Shown here in pieces: positions 48,404-59,300 of a DNA stretch of 64,000 nucleotides. The DNA lies in the NCBI GenBank assembly GCA_963977015.1, contig CAXBMO010000007.1:1-64000 (forward strand), in the 5' to 3' direction. Source of the stretch: an uncultured bacterium. GTDB taxonomy: Bacteria; Verrucomicrobiota; Verrucomicrobiia; Verrucomicrobiales; DEV007. Each line of letters begins with the position of its first letter. The stretch's first letter is position 1. Position numbers and translations under genes: made by a program. A model generated the notes under the pieces. It searched no databases, was not told the DNA's origin, and was given only the letters and a program-made list of their open reading frames with translations.

Positions 48404-49000
48404 CTAACTACGATTCTCAAAGGCCCGGTGTAACGTTAGCGTATCCGCATTCTCCAGCCCACCGCCGACCGGCATTCCCTGAGCCAATTTAGTGATCTTC
48501 AGATCGCTCGTCTTGAAGAGGTCAAACAGGTAGTAAGAAGTCGCCTCGCCAGCAACATCCGCACCGAGGGCCAGCACCACTTCCATGAACGAACCTTCGG
48601 CGATTCGGCGCTCGAGTTCACCAATTCGAAGATCATCGGGACCAATGTTGTCGAGCGGAGAAAGTCGGCCTCCCAACGAATGATAATGCCCTTTGAAAAC
48701 TCCGGTCCGCTCGATGGGCAAAATATCAGTTGGCTGCTCCACCACACACAGGAGCGAACCATCTCTCCCCGAATCACTACAGATTGCGCACCCTTCATCC
48801 GTCGCGAAGAAACCGCAGGAGTCACAACACCGAATTTGCGAGGCGACCGATTCGAGAACATCGGCCATGTCCGTTGAAACCGTTGAATCCTGTTGCAACA
48901 ACCAGAGCGCCATTCGCTCGGCGCTTCGCGGCCCGATCCCCGGGAGGCGCTTCAGTTGCAGGATCAGTGCCCTAACTGCGGCTGGGTAGTCCAGTTTCAA
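48404..49000 (-). CDS. recR: Recombination mediator RecR
   Basis: LPGIGPRSAER, C4 zinc finger, VVEQP.D, TOPRIM region, AQGMPVGG. Confidence 0.95.
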   Translation of the reverse strand: MKLDYPAAVRALILQLKRLPGIGPRSAERMALWLLQQDSTVSTDMADVLESVASQIRCCDSCGFFATDEGCAICSDSGRDGSLLCVVEQPTDILPIERTGVFKGHYHSLGGRLSPLDNIGPDDLRIGELERRIAEGSFMEVVLALGADVAGEATSYYLFDLFKTSDLKITKLAQGMPVGGGLENADTLTLHRAFENRS

Positions 49001-50301
49001 AGCGAATGAAGCACTCTCGCGTGTCCATGCATGAGGAAGGCGTCAGGATCTGTCGGCGACTTTTCAGCAACTTCCACCATGTTTGTCTGAGCCCGGTCGA
49101 TAAAGTAGTGAAGTGGGCGATCGTTCGGATACTTGGCCTTCAACTCACTGAAGATCTTCAGTGCATCCTCTCCCCTTCCCTCACGGTAGTAAATCAGCCC
49201 CTGCCAGAAAGCCTGTCGCGCAGATTCCTCTTCCTCACTCATGTTTTCCTTCAGATCCACGAGTTCGTAGACCTCCGACATCAGCTCCGCTGCCGCATCA
49301 TAAATCATCTCCATGGGGCGGACGGCAAACGCGTCCTGAACGATAGTGTAGGTGCGGGCACTGATCAGTATCTCAGAACCGTATTGGCTGTTGGCCGCAC
49401 TCAGCTTCCGAACAAATTCGATCACTTCCCCCACCGCACTCAGACGAACATCGTTCTCTGACTCATAAACTCCCAGCGTCATCGGCTCGGAACTGATGGC
49501 GACCCCAAAATGGAAGCGCTGAAAAAAGCGCTTCTCCAATTCCAGGTTCAGATTGGCGAGACGAAGCCGAAGCTCCAACGCCGCCTGACAGGCTCGAAAG
49601 GAGTGATCGGGTTGGCGATCCAAAATCCCGAAATAGACCCGCACACAATCCGGGCTCGACTCATCCAGATAACCGCCCTTGCTCGTCAAAAATTCGCCGG
49701 AGTTCTGAAGAAACAAGTTCGTCATTTCGATCAACTCCTTCGGCGCGACGACCGCCCGGATATCCGCGTGATTGAAAACTCGCACCGTCAAAATCGATAC
49801 CTCCCGATTCTGACCGTCGAGGAAGTCAGGACGATCACCATCCATCAAGCCACTGAAACTCTCTTCGGAAACTCGACCACCCAGCACGGTGTGAAGAAGC
49901 TGTTTTCGGCCACCATGTTCGGTCATGGAATAAACAATTCCCAACGTGGAAACGATAAAAATGGCGGTAAGTGAGGAAAACGGCTCAAAGAACACGCCCA
50001 ACGTTACGGCGACAGCCGAGGTTCCCAAAACCAAGATCATTGAGCCCAAAATCACGACGACCTTGTTCGCGATTTTAGGGATATCGATGACCGCCCATGA
50101 GACCGCGAACGCCAAAAGAACAAACGTCACGTAGTGCAAAATCCGTCCCGGCTGACGGCCATGCTCAATCATTCCCGCGTTGGCATAAAAGGTAGCCAGC
50201 TTGTTGGCAGCCGCCGTCAGTAATCCGAACTCGTAGGCCAAGACGGTGACAAACACGGCAATGGCGCCAATGATCGATGCGATTAGTAAATATCTGCGCA
50301 T
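48997..50301 (-). CDS. Membrane-bound class III nucleotide cyclase-like protein with degenerate active site and TPR-like tail
   Basis: 4 TM segments, REVSILTVRV, GGYLD....D....FG, ACQAALE, YGSEILIS. Confidence 0.75.
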   Translation of the reverse strand: MRRYLLIASIIGAIAVFVTVLAYEFGLLTAAANKLATFYANAGMIEHGRQPGRILHYVTFVLLAFAVSWAVIDIPKIANKVVVILGSMILVLGTSAVAVTLGVFFEPFSSLTAIFIVSTLGIVYSMTEHGGRKQLLHTVLGGRVSEESFSGLMDGDRPDFLDGQNREVSILTVRVFNHADIRAVVAPKELIEMTNLFLQNSGEFLTSKGGYLDESSPDCVRVYFGILDRQPDHSFRACQAALELRLRLANLNLELEKRFFQRFHFGVAISSEPMTLGVYESENDVRLSAVGEVIEFVRKLSAANSQYGSEILISARTYTIVQDAFAVRPMEMIYDAAAELMSEVYELVDLKENMSEEEESARQAFWQGLIYYREGRGEDALKIFSELKAKYPNDRPLHYFIDRAQTNMVEVAEKSPTDPDAFLMHGHARVLHSL

Positions 50302-50355
50302 GAAATTTCGGGTATCTCTAGCCTAATCAGTAAACGGATCAATCGGCAAGAGTCT

Positions 50356-51975
50356 TCATGCTTGGCCATCATTCTCAGTCGTTTGGGCATTATCCTCAGT
50401 CTTGTAGGACTCCACGACAAGCCCACTGAGGTACTTGTCCGGATCCGCAACCGCTTCGGCATTCAGCTCAAACAGATTCGTTCCCCGGTTTTTCTGAATC
50501 AATTTCAGCCCAAACTGGTAGTCGCGGAACAATCGATTACAGACCTGCAAGGCGCTGACATTGTCACCAGAAGCTCGATCCGCAATCGCCTGGAGTCCCG
50601 AGTTGTCGAACTGAAGTTTCACTCCGTGCTTCTCATTAAAGTCGCGGCAGAACAGAGCGACTTCCGAAGCAACCTTCTGATCAACCAGATCACCACCATC
50701 TTCCAAACACTTGGCGAGCGCTGCGGCGGGCTCCTCGACCAACGCATCGTCGATAATCAGTTCCGAAATCGACGTCCCGGGAAGCTCAAATTTAAAATCG
50801 CGCAGCAATCGCTCACAAACCGTTACGAGGCCGCGAGCCCCGGTTTGCTCATCGGCCGCTCGTTCCGCGATAATTTTGAGAGCTGCCTCCTTGAATTCCG
50901 CTCGAATTCCAAACGCTTCAAAATCGCGTTCGTATTGGCGAATCAAGCTTCCTTCGCTATCCCGCAAAATCGCAAACAAGTCCTCTGACGAGAGCTGCTC
51001 ACACACCACCCGAACCGGCAATCGACCGATAAACTCGGCTTCAAAACCGTATTTCATGAAGTCCTGGGTGGAAACGTGCCGAAAGATCTCGTTATCGAAG
51101 GGAATATCCCGCAATTCCGCGCCAAATCCCATGGTTCCTTGCCGCATTCGGTCGCTCACCACTTTCTCTAGCCCCGAAAATGCTCCGCTCACGATAAAGA
51201 GAATGTGTCGGGTATTCACCGTTTCTGCGCCCTTCTTCCCCTTCTGCATATCAAACATCGCCTGCATCTGCGATTGCATATCCATCGGGTTGCGCAACGG
51301 AACCTCGGTTTCTTCCATCAGCTTCAACAGCGTCGTCTGGACGCCTCGGCCACTGACATCGCGGCCAATCATGTCTCCCCGGGTCGCCAGTTTGTCGACC
51401 TCATCGATGTAGACGATGCCGTATTCCGCGAGTTCCACATTTCCATCGGCCTTTTGCACCAACTCGCGAATGAGATCATCGACATCCGCCCCGACATAGC
51501 CCGTTTCGCTAAACTTGGTCGCATCCGCCTTGACGAACGGCACGCCGATCAGCTCGGCGATGTGCTTCACGAGATAGGTTTTCCCAACTCCGGTAGGCCC
51601 AACGATGATCACGTTTTGCTTCGCGATCTCGACTTGGCGGGCGGCCTCGGGATCCTCTGATTCCAGGCGACGCAGATACTTTGCGTGGTTGTAGTGATCA
51701 CAAACCGCAATTGACAAGACCTTCTTGGCCTCATCCTGCTTGATCACATAGCGATCCAGATAGGCCTTGATGTCACGAGGGCGTAAATTGAAGTCAAAGA
51801 CGTCTTCGTAACTTTTCTCGGGTTCCACTTCGACCTCTTCCGGCACAGCCGTTGCGTTGGATTGGTCGAATTGCGTAAATGAAACCGCTCCTGGAAAACT
51901 GGTTTTTACAAAATCCGCCAGCTTTCGAGAAATTTCTTCGGGGGTTGGCGGGGGATCGTCATTTCCATTGGACAT
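50356..51975 (-). CDS. ClpX-like AAA+ ATPase without zinc-binding domain
   Basis: LDRYVIKQDEAKK, GPTGVGKT, DATKFSETGYVG, IDEVDK, RDVSGRGVQ, EFIGRLP, TGARGL. Confidence 0.88.
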   Translation of the reverse strand: MSNGNDDPPPTPEEISRKLADFVKTSFPGAVSFTQFDQSNATAVPEEVEVEPEKSYEDVFDFNLRPRDIKAYLDRYVIKQDEAKKVLSIAVCDHYNHAKYLRRLESEDPEAARQVEIAKQNVIIVGPTGVGKTYLVKHIAELIGVPFVKADATKFSETGYVGADVDDLIRELVQKADGNVELAEYGIVYIDEVDKLATRGDMIGRDVSGRGVQTTLLKLMEETEVPLRNPMDMQSQMQAMFDMQKGKKGAETVNTRHILFIVSGAFSGLEKVVSDRMRQGTMGFGAELRDIPFDNEIFRHVSTQDFMKYGFEAEFIGRLPVRVVCEQLSSEDLFAILRDSEGSLIRQYERDFEAFGIRAEFKEAALKIIAERAADEQTGARGLVTVCERLLRDFKFELPGTSISELIIDDALVEEPAAALAKCLEDGGDLVDQKVASEVALFCRDFNEKHGVKLQFDNSGLQAIADRASGDNVSALQVCNRLFRDYQFGLKLIQKNRGTNLFELNAEAVADPDKYLSGLVVESYKTEDNAQTTENDGQA

Positions 51976-52056
51976 ACCCTATCATTATTGCGGAGAACCA
52001 CGCTCCTAACAAGTCGATGCGTGGATTTTGCCAGGATTTAACGCCGGTGCTCCCGT

Positions 52057-52623
52057 TTACTGCAGCACCCAACGAAGAATTCCCGCTTCCACCGTCCCTT
52101 TTCCCGAGATTTGCGCTCCTCCAGCATTGCCCCCGGCCACGATCGAACCACCGGAGATGCGTATGGCGCCGCCTCCACGCAGCTGAAAGGACTGATTCGA
52201 GGTTTTCTCCACAAATTTCTCATGCCCCTGACCTTTCACCTCAATTTCGAGCCCCTTGGTTGAGGTTTTGCGCTGCTTATGCTCGTCTTCGATCAGGTAA
52301 CCGGTTTCGGATGTTGCGAAAAAGAATGGGCGAGTGGACCAACCTTTTTCGGGTTGATCGTTTGATGACACCGCGATCCAGACCTTCAAACCGGCAGGAA
52401 CCTCGGAAAAGGTAAAATCGCCAGCCGCTTCCGTCGTCACCTCCTGATGGTAACCGTCACCGAGAAGTTGAACCTTTTGCCCGGCTGCCAGCACACCATT
52501 AGCCAGGAGTTTCCCATTCAGACTCAGGGTCTCGGGAGGAGCCGCCATGACACTCCAGAGCTGAAAAATTCCGATCAAGGTCAGGGGACGGATTTTATTG
52601 AGAGCCAACTTTGTCGTCGTCAT
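52057..52623 (-). CDS. Secreted hypothetical protein with beta-sandwich domain
   Basis: Signal-like N-terminus; VTTEAAGDFTFSEVPAG resembles carboxypeptidase-regulatory-like domains. Confidence 0.5.
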   Translation of the reverse strand: MTTTKLALNKIRPLTLIGIFQLWSVMAAPPETLSLNGKLLANGVLAAGQKVQLLGDGYHQEVTTEAAGDFTFSEVPAGLKVWIAVSSNDQPEKGWSTRPFFFATSETGYLIEDEHKQRKTSTKGLEIEVKGQGHEKFVEKTSNQSFQLRGGGAIRISGGSIVAGGNAGGAQISGKGTVEAGILRWVLQ

Positions 52624-52673
52624 GGGTTTTGGGGTGTTTGTTTCCGGTTGGATCGGGACGGATCCCGGGTTAA

Positions 52674-53711
52674 ATGAACCGCAGAATGGGTATTTGTCCC
52701 ACTTTGATTCTCGCGCCGATGCAAAACGTGACCAATTTGCCGTTTTGGCGAGTTCTTGCGCGAAGAGGTGGTCCCGACATCTACGTGACGGAGTATTTCC
52801 GCGTTCACGTTAACTCCTGCCCCGAACCCTTCATCGCGCGCTCCATCATCGAGAACTCCACCGGTAAGCCGGTTTTCGCGCAAATGATCGGAAACGATCC
52901 GGTCCATCTCGTCCGGACAGCCCGGGAACTGGAGAAGCTGCCGATCGCCGGCATTGATTTGAACTTGGGATGCCCGGCCCCGTCCGTTTGCGGTAAACAA
53001 TCCGGTGGGGCGCTCTTGCGGAATCACGAACGGATCCGGGAAATCGTCCATTCCCTGCGCGAAGTCGTAACCGGCAAGGTCACGGTCAAAACAAGGATTG
53101 GCTTCGAAGCTCCCGGTGAGTTTGATGATCTGCTAGGCCTCTTCGCGGATCTCCCGATCGACCATCTCGCGATCCACGGACGAACCGTGCGGGAACGCTA
53201 TCAATCCCAAATTCACACCGAAAAGATTCGTGAAGCCGTTCGCCAACTCCCCTTCCCGGTGATCGCCAACGGGAACATCGTTTCCGTCGAAACCGCGCAA
53301 TCCATCAAACAGCTGACGGATGCCGCCGGGCTGATGATTGGTCGAGGGGCGATTCGCAACCCGTGGCTTTTCGAGCAAATCCGCCAATTCGAAAGCCACC
53401 GACCCGTTTTCCGCCCCACGTTGCAGGATCTCCATTCCTACATTCTGGAGCTCTTCGACGAGGTCGCCTCTGAAGCCGACAACTTTGCCGAAGAAAATCA
53501 CGTTCACCGCATGAAGAAATACACCAACTACATCGCGAACGGAATTTCCGGCGGCCAATTCGAGGCCCAACTACGCCGAACGAGGACTTCCGCGGAATTT
53601 CATGAAGTCTGCGGGGAGCATCTTCAATCAAACGAGTTGCTCCCCGATGAACCAACCGAGGACGGAAAATTGTTTTGCGGCTTTTCCAGCCTCCTTGGTT
53701 TTGCTGGCTGA
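52674..53711 (+). CDS. tRNA-dihydrouridine synthase family protein
   Basis: LAPMQ, IDLNLGCP, VKTRIG, IHGRT, IANGNI, MIGRGA. Confidence 0.92.
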   Translation: MNRRMGICPTLILAPMQNVTNLPFWRVLARRGGPDIYVTEYFRVHVNSCPEPFIARSIIENSTGKPVFAQMIGNDPVHLVRTARELEKLPIAGIDLNLGCPAPSVCGKQSGGALLRNHERIREIVHSLREVVTGKVTVKTRIGFEAPGEFDDLLGLFADLPIDHLAIHGRTVRERYQSQIHTEKIREAVRQLPFPVIANGNIVSVETAQSIKQLTDAAGLMIGRGAIRNPWLFEQIRQFESHRPVFRPTLQDLHSYILELFDEVASEADNFAEENHVHRMKKYTNYIANGISGGQFEAQLRRTRTSAEFHEVCGEHLQSNELLPDEPTEDGKLFCGFSSLLGFAG

Positions 53712-53734
53712 TTCACGGTCTGACCGTAAGATTC

Positions 53735-53906
53735 CACGCCAAAGTCGCCCAAGACACTGACGTCCGCGGAAAAAGACCTCCTCACTTCAGGCGCTGGATC
53801 GAAGAAGACGCGGAATGGAGCGACCATTGGGCATTCATCCCGCCCCGGCAAGCCGCGGTTCCTGAGTCCGCGAAGCCAATCATGATGGCGCCAAAGTGGA
53901 TAAGGG
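53735..53906 (+). pseudogene. Frameshifted remnant of a planctomycete cytochrome c/DUF1549 gene
   Basis: One frame reads PKSPKTLTSAEKDLL, then a frameshift into RRWIEEDAEWSDHWAFIPPRQAAVP...KWIR. Confidence 0.6.
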
Positions 53907-53934
53907 TTTATTGGCCTAGCATCAGTCGGCCAAT

Positions 53935-54624
53935 CTATTTGCCCCACGCGCCGACTTTCTTCTGCTTTGCCGCCGCCTCCCGACTGCGCAGGAAGTCCTT
54001 GTATTCGCGCCAGCCTCTTCCATCTGGAGTGGGCTCCCCATGGGTGTGAATTCTCGCCAAGCCCTTATCCACCAAAAGTTGAGAAAGGTAAACCGAACTG
54101 CCCGCCCCGCTGTCCAACTCCACAAAACCGTGAAACCGCTCTCCATCGTAAACGCGATCCCACTTTGTATAGACGGTGAATGGCGTTCGCCGTAGCAACT
54201 CTAAAACAACGTTCTTACTCTCGTTTCCCAAAGCAACCGTCTGTTCCACGGTCAATCCAAAGTCGCCCGCCTGGTCTCTCACCCGCTCTCGTTGCGACTC
54301 ATGCCGATCACTGAGGTATTTCTCCGCAGTATCGACGAAATACAAACGAAGCTCAAACTCGCGCCCTTGATGCCTCACGAAAAAACTGTCGCCATCATTA
54401 TTCCGGTGTTCGACCAATACGCATCCCGAAAGTCGCTCATATTCCCCCTTTTTACCAGAGACTTGAATTAGCCCTGCCTCTTTCCCTGCTTCCACATCCC
54501 CATCCGATGCCGCTTCATCGAGATCGAGCCCCAAGACTGCCGCCAAAATCAAAATCCCAACCCCGGCAAGCTTTACGGGCACACTACGATTTTTGAGAAG
54601 ATCTACGAGTTCGGACGTCTTCAT
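53935..54624 (-). CDS. Thermonuclease (SNase-like) family protein
   Basis: NDGDSF, LRLYFVDTAE, LVDKGLAR, AKQKKVGAW; N-terminal TM. Confidence 0.85.
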   Translation of the reverse strand: MKTSELVDLLKNRSVPVKLAGVGILILAAVLGLDLDEAASDGDVEAGKEAGLIQVSGKKGEYERLSGCVLVEHRNNDGDSFFVRHQGREFELRLYFVDTAEKYLSDRHESQRERVRDQAGDFGLTVEQTVALGNESKNVVLELLRRTPFTVYTKWDRVYDGERFHGFVELDSGAGSSVYLSQLLVDKGLARIHTHGEPTPDGRGWREYKDFLRSREAAAKQKKVGAWGK

Positions 54625-54878
54625 TACCTGCCAACCATTGCGGAAACGCCCCTCAAAGCAAGCAGATCTTCCCAACGACATCCACCCAGCAAACCGATCA
54701 GCCGAGCTAATATAACATAATACCCGCCCCCTGAACACGAGAGCTCCGCAGTAAATACCATCAAAAACTCGGCCCCGTATTTAATATACAAATTCCGCCA
54801 TTGTAAAACCCACATATTTAATATATATTTAATACCTAACTACCTCATTCTATTTGATCCGCGACAGAAACCAAGGCG

Positions 54879-56375
54879 ATGCTCCCTTCTCCTACGCTCC
54901 ATAAGCAGACCCCTCCCCCTGCAATATCCTTCGCTCACGCTACCGATACCACTATTGAACTCGAGTCTGCGCGCTCCAAATTGAAACAACACGAACTGAT
55001 TTTTAGGCAGCTCGACAATATAGCATCTCAACACCTCTCCTCAAACACCAGTCAGGACGCAAGGAGAGCATCTCTCGACGCTTCCCAGCCCTCATTGGTC
55101 GCAAATTTCCAGGCTATCATTGACTCCGTCGAACAAAATAGGAGCCAGCTTGAGAAACAAAGAACTCATGCAGAACAGGCAGCCAAGGGAAAGGATCTGT
55201 TCCTAGCAAGCATGAGCCATGAGATCAGAACCCAATTGAATGGAATGACGGGAATTTTGGAGCTTCTCCTCAATGATAATCAGTTGCTCGAAAACCAGAG
55301 AGCCTCCCTGATGACCATGAAGCGATCATCCGGCACGTTAAAGAGGATTCTGAATGATATATTGGACTATACCCAACTCTGCGCCTACGAGGTTCAGCTG
55401 GAGTCTGTCTCCTTCTCTCCAGCCAACACAGTTCAGGAAGTGGTCTCCATGTTTGAAGCTAACGCTCGAGCCAAGGGCTTGAGCCTTCTTTCAATGGTCT
55501 CCGAGCAGGTACCGGAATCCGTCGAAGGCGATGAGGCTCGACTCCGGCAGGTGTTATCAAACCTACTTGGCAATGCAATCAAATTTACAAATTCAGGACG
55601 CGTCGGTGTCTTCCTTACCGGCGAATCCCGAGAAGATGGTGGCACCGAACTGCAATTTGAAGTTCTGGATACCGGAATCGGGTTATCTCAAGACCAGCTC
55701 TCTGAATTGTTTCAGCCGTTCGCACAAGGGGACGCCACGACCAAGCGAAAGTATGGTGGGAGCGGCTTGGGACTTCTGATCTGCAAAAATCTGGTCGAAC
55801 GAATGGGAGGATCCATTCATGTCCAAAGTGAACCTGGAGTTGGATCTGAATTCCAATTTTCCATTCTCGTTGATCAAGACGCCAAGCTCGAAAGTGATAG
55901 CTCAGCACCGGACATTACGATCTTGCCCAGGGGCGACGAACTCCAAGAGGTCCGTCGCAAAGTGCTTCTTGCTGAAGACAACGAAGTGAATCAGATCGTC
56001 GCCAAGATGACTCTTGAACGGCTTGGCTATGAGGTGGATGTCGCCAACGACGGAGGAGAAGCCATCACGGCAGCAACGGAACGTGACTATGATTTAATCT
56101 GCATGGATGTGACGATGCCAGAAATAGATGGCCTAGAGGCAACTCGCCGGATTCGCAAGCTTGAACAGCCGTCCTCTGACGCCCTTATCATCGCCATGAC
56201 AGGCCACGCGTTCAGTGAAGACAGGATTCGTTGCCTCGATGCCGGTATGGATGACTTCATTTCGAAACCGTTCGAAATCGAGCAATTGAAAGTCACGATC
56301 GAACGCGGCTGGTCCTCCCCAAGATTCACGACAGAAGCAACGGACACCCATCGTCCTGAAGTGAAAGTTGCTTAG
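54879..56375 (+). CDS. Hybrid histidine kinase/response regulator (cytoplasmic, no evident sensor)
   Basis: SMSHEIRT, NLLGNAIKFT, DTGIG, GGSGLGL; receiver AEDN...MDVTMP...KP. Confidence 0.9.
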   Translation: MLPSPTLHKQTPPPAISFAHATDTTIELESARSKLKQHELIFRQLDNIASQHLSSNTSQDARRASLDASQPSLVANFQAIIDSVEQNRSQLEKQRTHAEQAAKGKDLFLASMSHEIRTQLNGMTGILELLLNDNQLLENQRASLMTMKRSSGTLKRILNDILDYTQLCAYEVQLESVSFSPANTVQEVVSMFEANARAKGLSLLSMVSEQVPESVEGDEARLRQVLSNLLGNAIKFTNSGRVGVFLTGESREDGGTELQFEVLDTGIGLSQDQLSELFQPFAQGDATTKRKYGGSGLGLLICKNLVERMGGSIHVQSEPGVGSEFQFSILVDQDAKLESDSSAPDITILPRGDELQEVRRKVLLAEDNEVNQIVAKMTLERLGYEVDVANDGGEAITAATERDYDLICMDVTMPEIDGLEATRRIRKLEQPSSDALIIAMTGHAFSEDRIRCLDAGMDDFISKPFEIEQLKVTIERGWSSPRFTTEATDTHRPEVKVA

Positions 56376-56399
56376 TTAGCAGTTAGCCGGGCAACTCAT

Positions 56400-59300
56400 T
56401 TAGACACTGCGCATCTTTCGAAGAACGCTGAGCCAAACCAGCGTCACAACAACGATCCCGAACCCAAGCAGTACCAGCGCATCGAGGTAGACGGTCTTGA
56501 TATTCACGACCTTTTCCCTCCGATTTCCATCCAAATCCCACCATTTAAGTTGGAATTGGCGCTTAGCACCGAAGAAGATGTTGGGATGGTATTTCTTTCG
56601 ATAGTCGGTTCGCTCCATCTCTGCCCTGGTGAACAAATCTCCTAGTTCTTCATTAAGATAGAGACCATCGGAACTCACCCAATTGTCGCCACGATCCCTG
56701 GCGTCAACGCTGAATTCCGCGGGATCCAGTTTCCCTTTTTTGAGGGCCTTCTTTAGTCGCCAAAGTTTCGAACGGAGTTGCCTAGGCGACTCTGCGGAAA
56801 GGCCCGCCAGAATGGCCAACCCTTCTTTGGCATTCGAAAACGCGAGTTCCTGCTTCTCGGTCAAATCTCTAATCACGGCCAACTCTTTGATGGTATCCTC
56901 CAGATCATTCTGGAGCGCACTAACCGGGTTGTATTCGGCGTGTGAAATGATGATCCCCTCGTAGGACCAACGCAGCGGCATAATTTGGCAAATTTCAGGA
57001 ACTTCCAGTTTGCTGCCACCTTTTCGCTCTTGCTCGTCAACTGGCCGAAACCAACCTTTGGCCGCCGATATGAGATTTACTCCACGATTCATTTCCTCGT
57101 ATTTGATCAGCGCTCCACCCAATATGATTTGAGGGATGAGTACCAATGGAATCACATTCAACGCCGTCATGATGTTCGGCACCAGGCTCGAAATCAGCAG
57201 CCCCGCGACCACCCCAATAATTGCGGTGCTTCCCATCCAAAACAGTTCGACCCAGAACATGTCTCGGATGGCCAGAATTGCGTCTCCAATCAAAAGATAA
57301 ATAATGCATTGAAGAATCGCAAACACCGAGAGTGCCATCACTTTGGTTAGCACATAGGACGTAGCGCGAAGTCGATGATTTCGTTCTCGCTGCAGGAGGG
57401 TTCGATCCCTCAAAATCTCTTCCGCACTGTTCATCAGCCCAAGAAACATACCAATCAAGAGCGTTAGAAAAAGATAGGCTGGGATATGAGCAGCCGAAGC
57501 AAAATTATACGCTCCATCCTCACTGTATCTTAAAACAAAAGACACCAGGATCGCAAGAATGGGCGCGAGTAGGAGCGTGGTCGCCAGGTTCCCCTTGTTG
57601 CGGAGTTTACTGAGAAAAGCCCTTTTGAAAAGGGTTCCAAATTGCAGGAATTCGTGCCGGATGGACCTTGAAACCATGGGCGGCGGTTTGACGGGATTCG
57701 GATCCGTCTCGGCCTGATCCAACTGGACTTCCTCGATCAATCGGTAGGTTTGAAAGCGATCTCGCCAGAAATTGGGACTGAATCTTCGGGCCGCGACAAG
57801 TTGCCCCCGCCGGTCTTCCTCATAGATCACATCTCCACTTAGATCTCGTAAAGGCGTCTCCAAGACGTCAAAAATGAAATCCGGCTGCCTGATCGTTGGC
57901 ACTTTAACATCAGCCGCCAACTCCGCCCGCATGTTCTCCTCTTCTTCAACTCGCCCAAAGTATTTCAACATCTGTTGGGGTGTTCCAAAAAACGCGAGTT
58001 TACCGCCATGATCCAAGAGGATGGCCTTGTTAAACATCTGAAAGAGACGGGCACTCGGTTGATGTATACTGACAAAAACAATCTTGTTGTGTGCCAGCCC
58101 CCGAATGATTTCCAGGACATGTTCACTGTCCTTTGATGACAACCCCGAAGTCGGCTCATCAAACATGTAAACGTCCGAAATCCCTACCATATCCAGACCC
58201 ACATTGAGGCGCTTTCGCTGCCCTCCGCTCAACGTTTTGTTATGGGTCTCATCTCCAACAGGACGATGCCGAAACTCGTTCAATCCCAGCTCAACCAGCT
58301 TTGCATCCACCCTGCGTTTACGGTCGGCATCCCGAAGATGCGGCGCCCGAACCGCTGCGGCTAAATCCAGATTTTCTTCAACACTAAGCAGAGGATCAGT
58401 CGCTTCATCGTGGGGAATAAAAGATATGTAGGGAGTCACTCTGCGCCGGTTTCTTGAGGACTTGTACATGTCGACCCCATTGATCAAGACCCGCCCTTCA
58501 TCAGGCTTGAACTGCCCTGCAAGGGTCCGCAATAAGGTGCTCTTTCCGCACCCGCTTGGCCCCATGACACAGATCATTTCCCCACGCTGGGCTCGAAAAC
58601 TGATCGCATCCAACGCGAGATTTCGTTTGCCATAGAACGTGCTCACCTCATCCACTTGAAGCCTCCTGACGACGTTCTTTTCTTCCTCAATGATCCCTTC
58701 CCCAAAGTGGCATCGGAGAAACTGCCCGTCCCCAACCGTTATGGTGTCCCCATCTTTGAGGGCCGCACTCTCCCGAACCAACGTCTCACCAATGTAAATA
58801 GCCCGGTCACTTTCCAAAATTTCCAAGTGCCCTGCTTTTTGTTCGTAGTCGCAGAAAATCTGCAACAGCAACTTACCCTCCGTATCTTCCGACAACAAAA
58901 TGTCACCTTCGCGGAGTAAAGTCGGAATGTTGGAAATCCGGTAGTCGGAGCGAGTTGGATTTAAATCGAATCGCCCGCCAAGAACTCGTGCTCGGCGTCG
59001 CAAATCGCTGATGAGGATCTCACGACGGTCTTTGAAGATAATCCGATCCCGCAAAGAGACCTCCAACGTGGTATTTGCATCAAGCGGCGTTCCGTTGATT
59101 TCTCCCTTCGTCTTACGCAGCACCCGAAGCTTGATGCCCAGACCAAAATCGAGCTGTAGGTGGCTCTGTTTCGTTTTCGCTTTTTCGACGTAAGGGTCCC
59201 CGGCACTTGTGAACGAGACAAACAGACGATTCTCGGAAACATTCTTCTTCGCGTTGAAATAGAAGATCAGGTCCTGATAGTCGAGAACGAGTTCGCCCAA

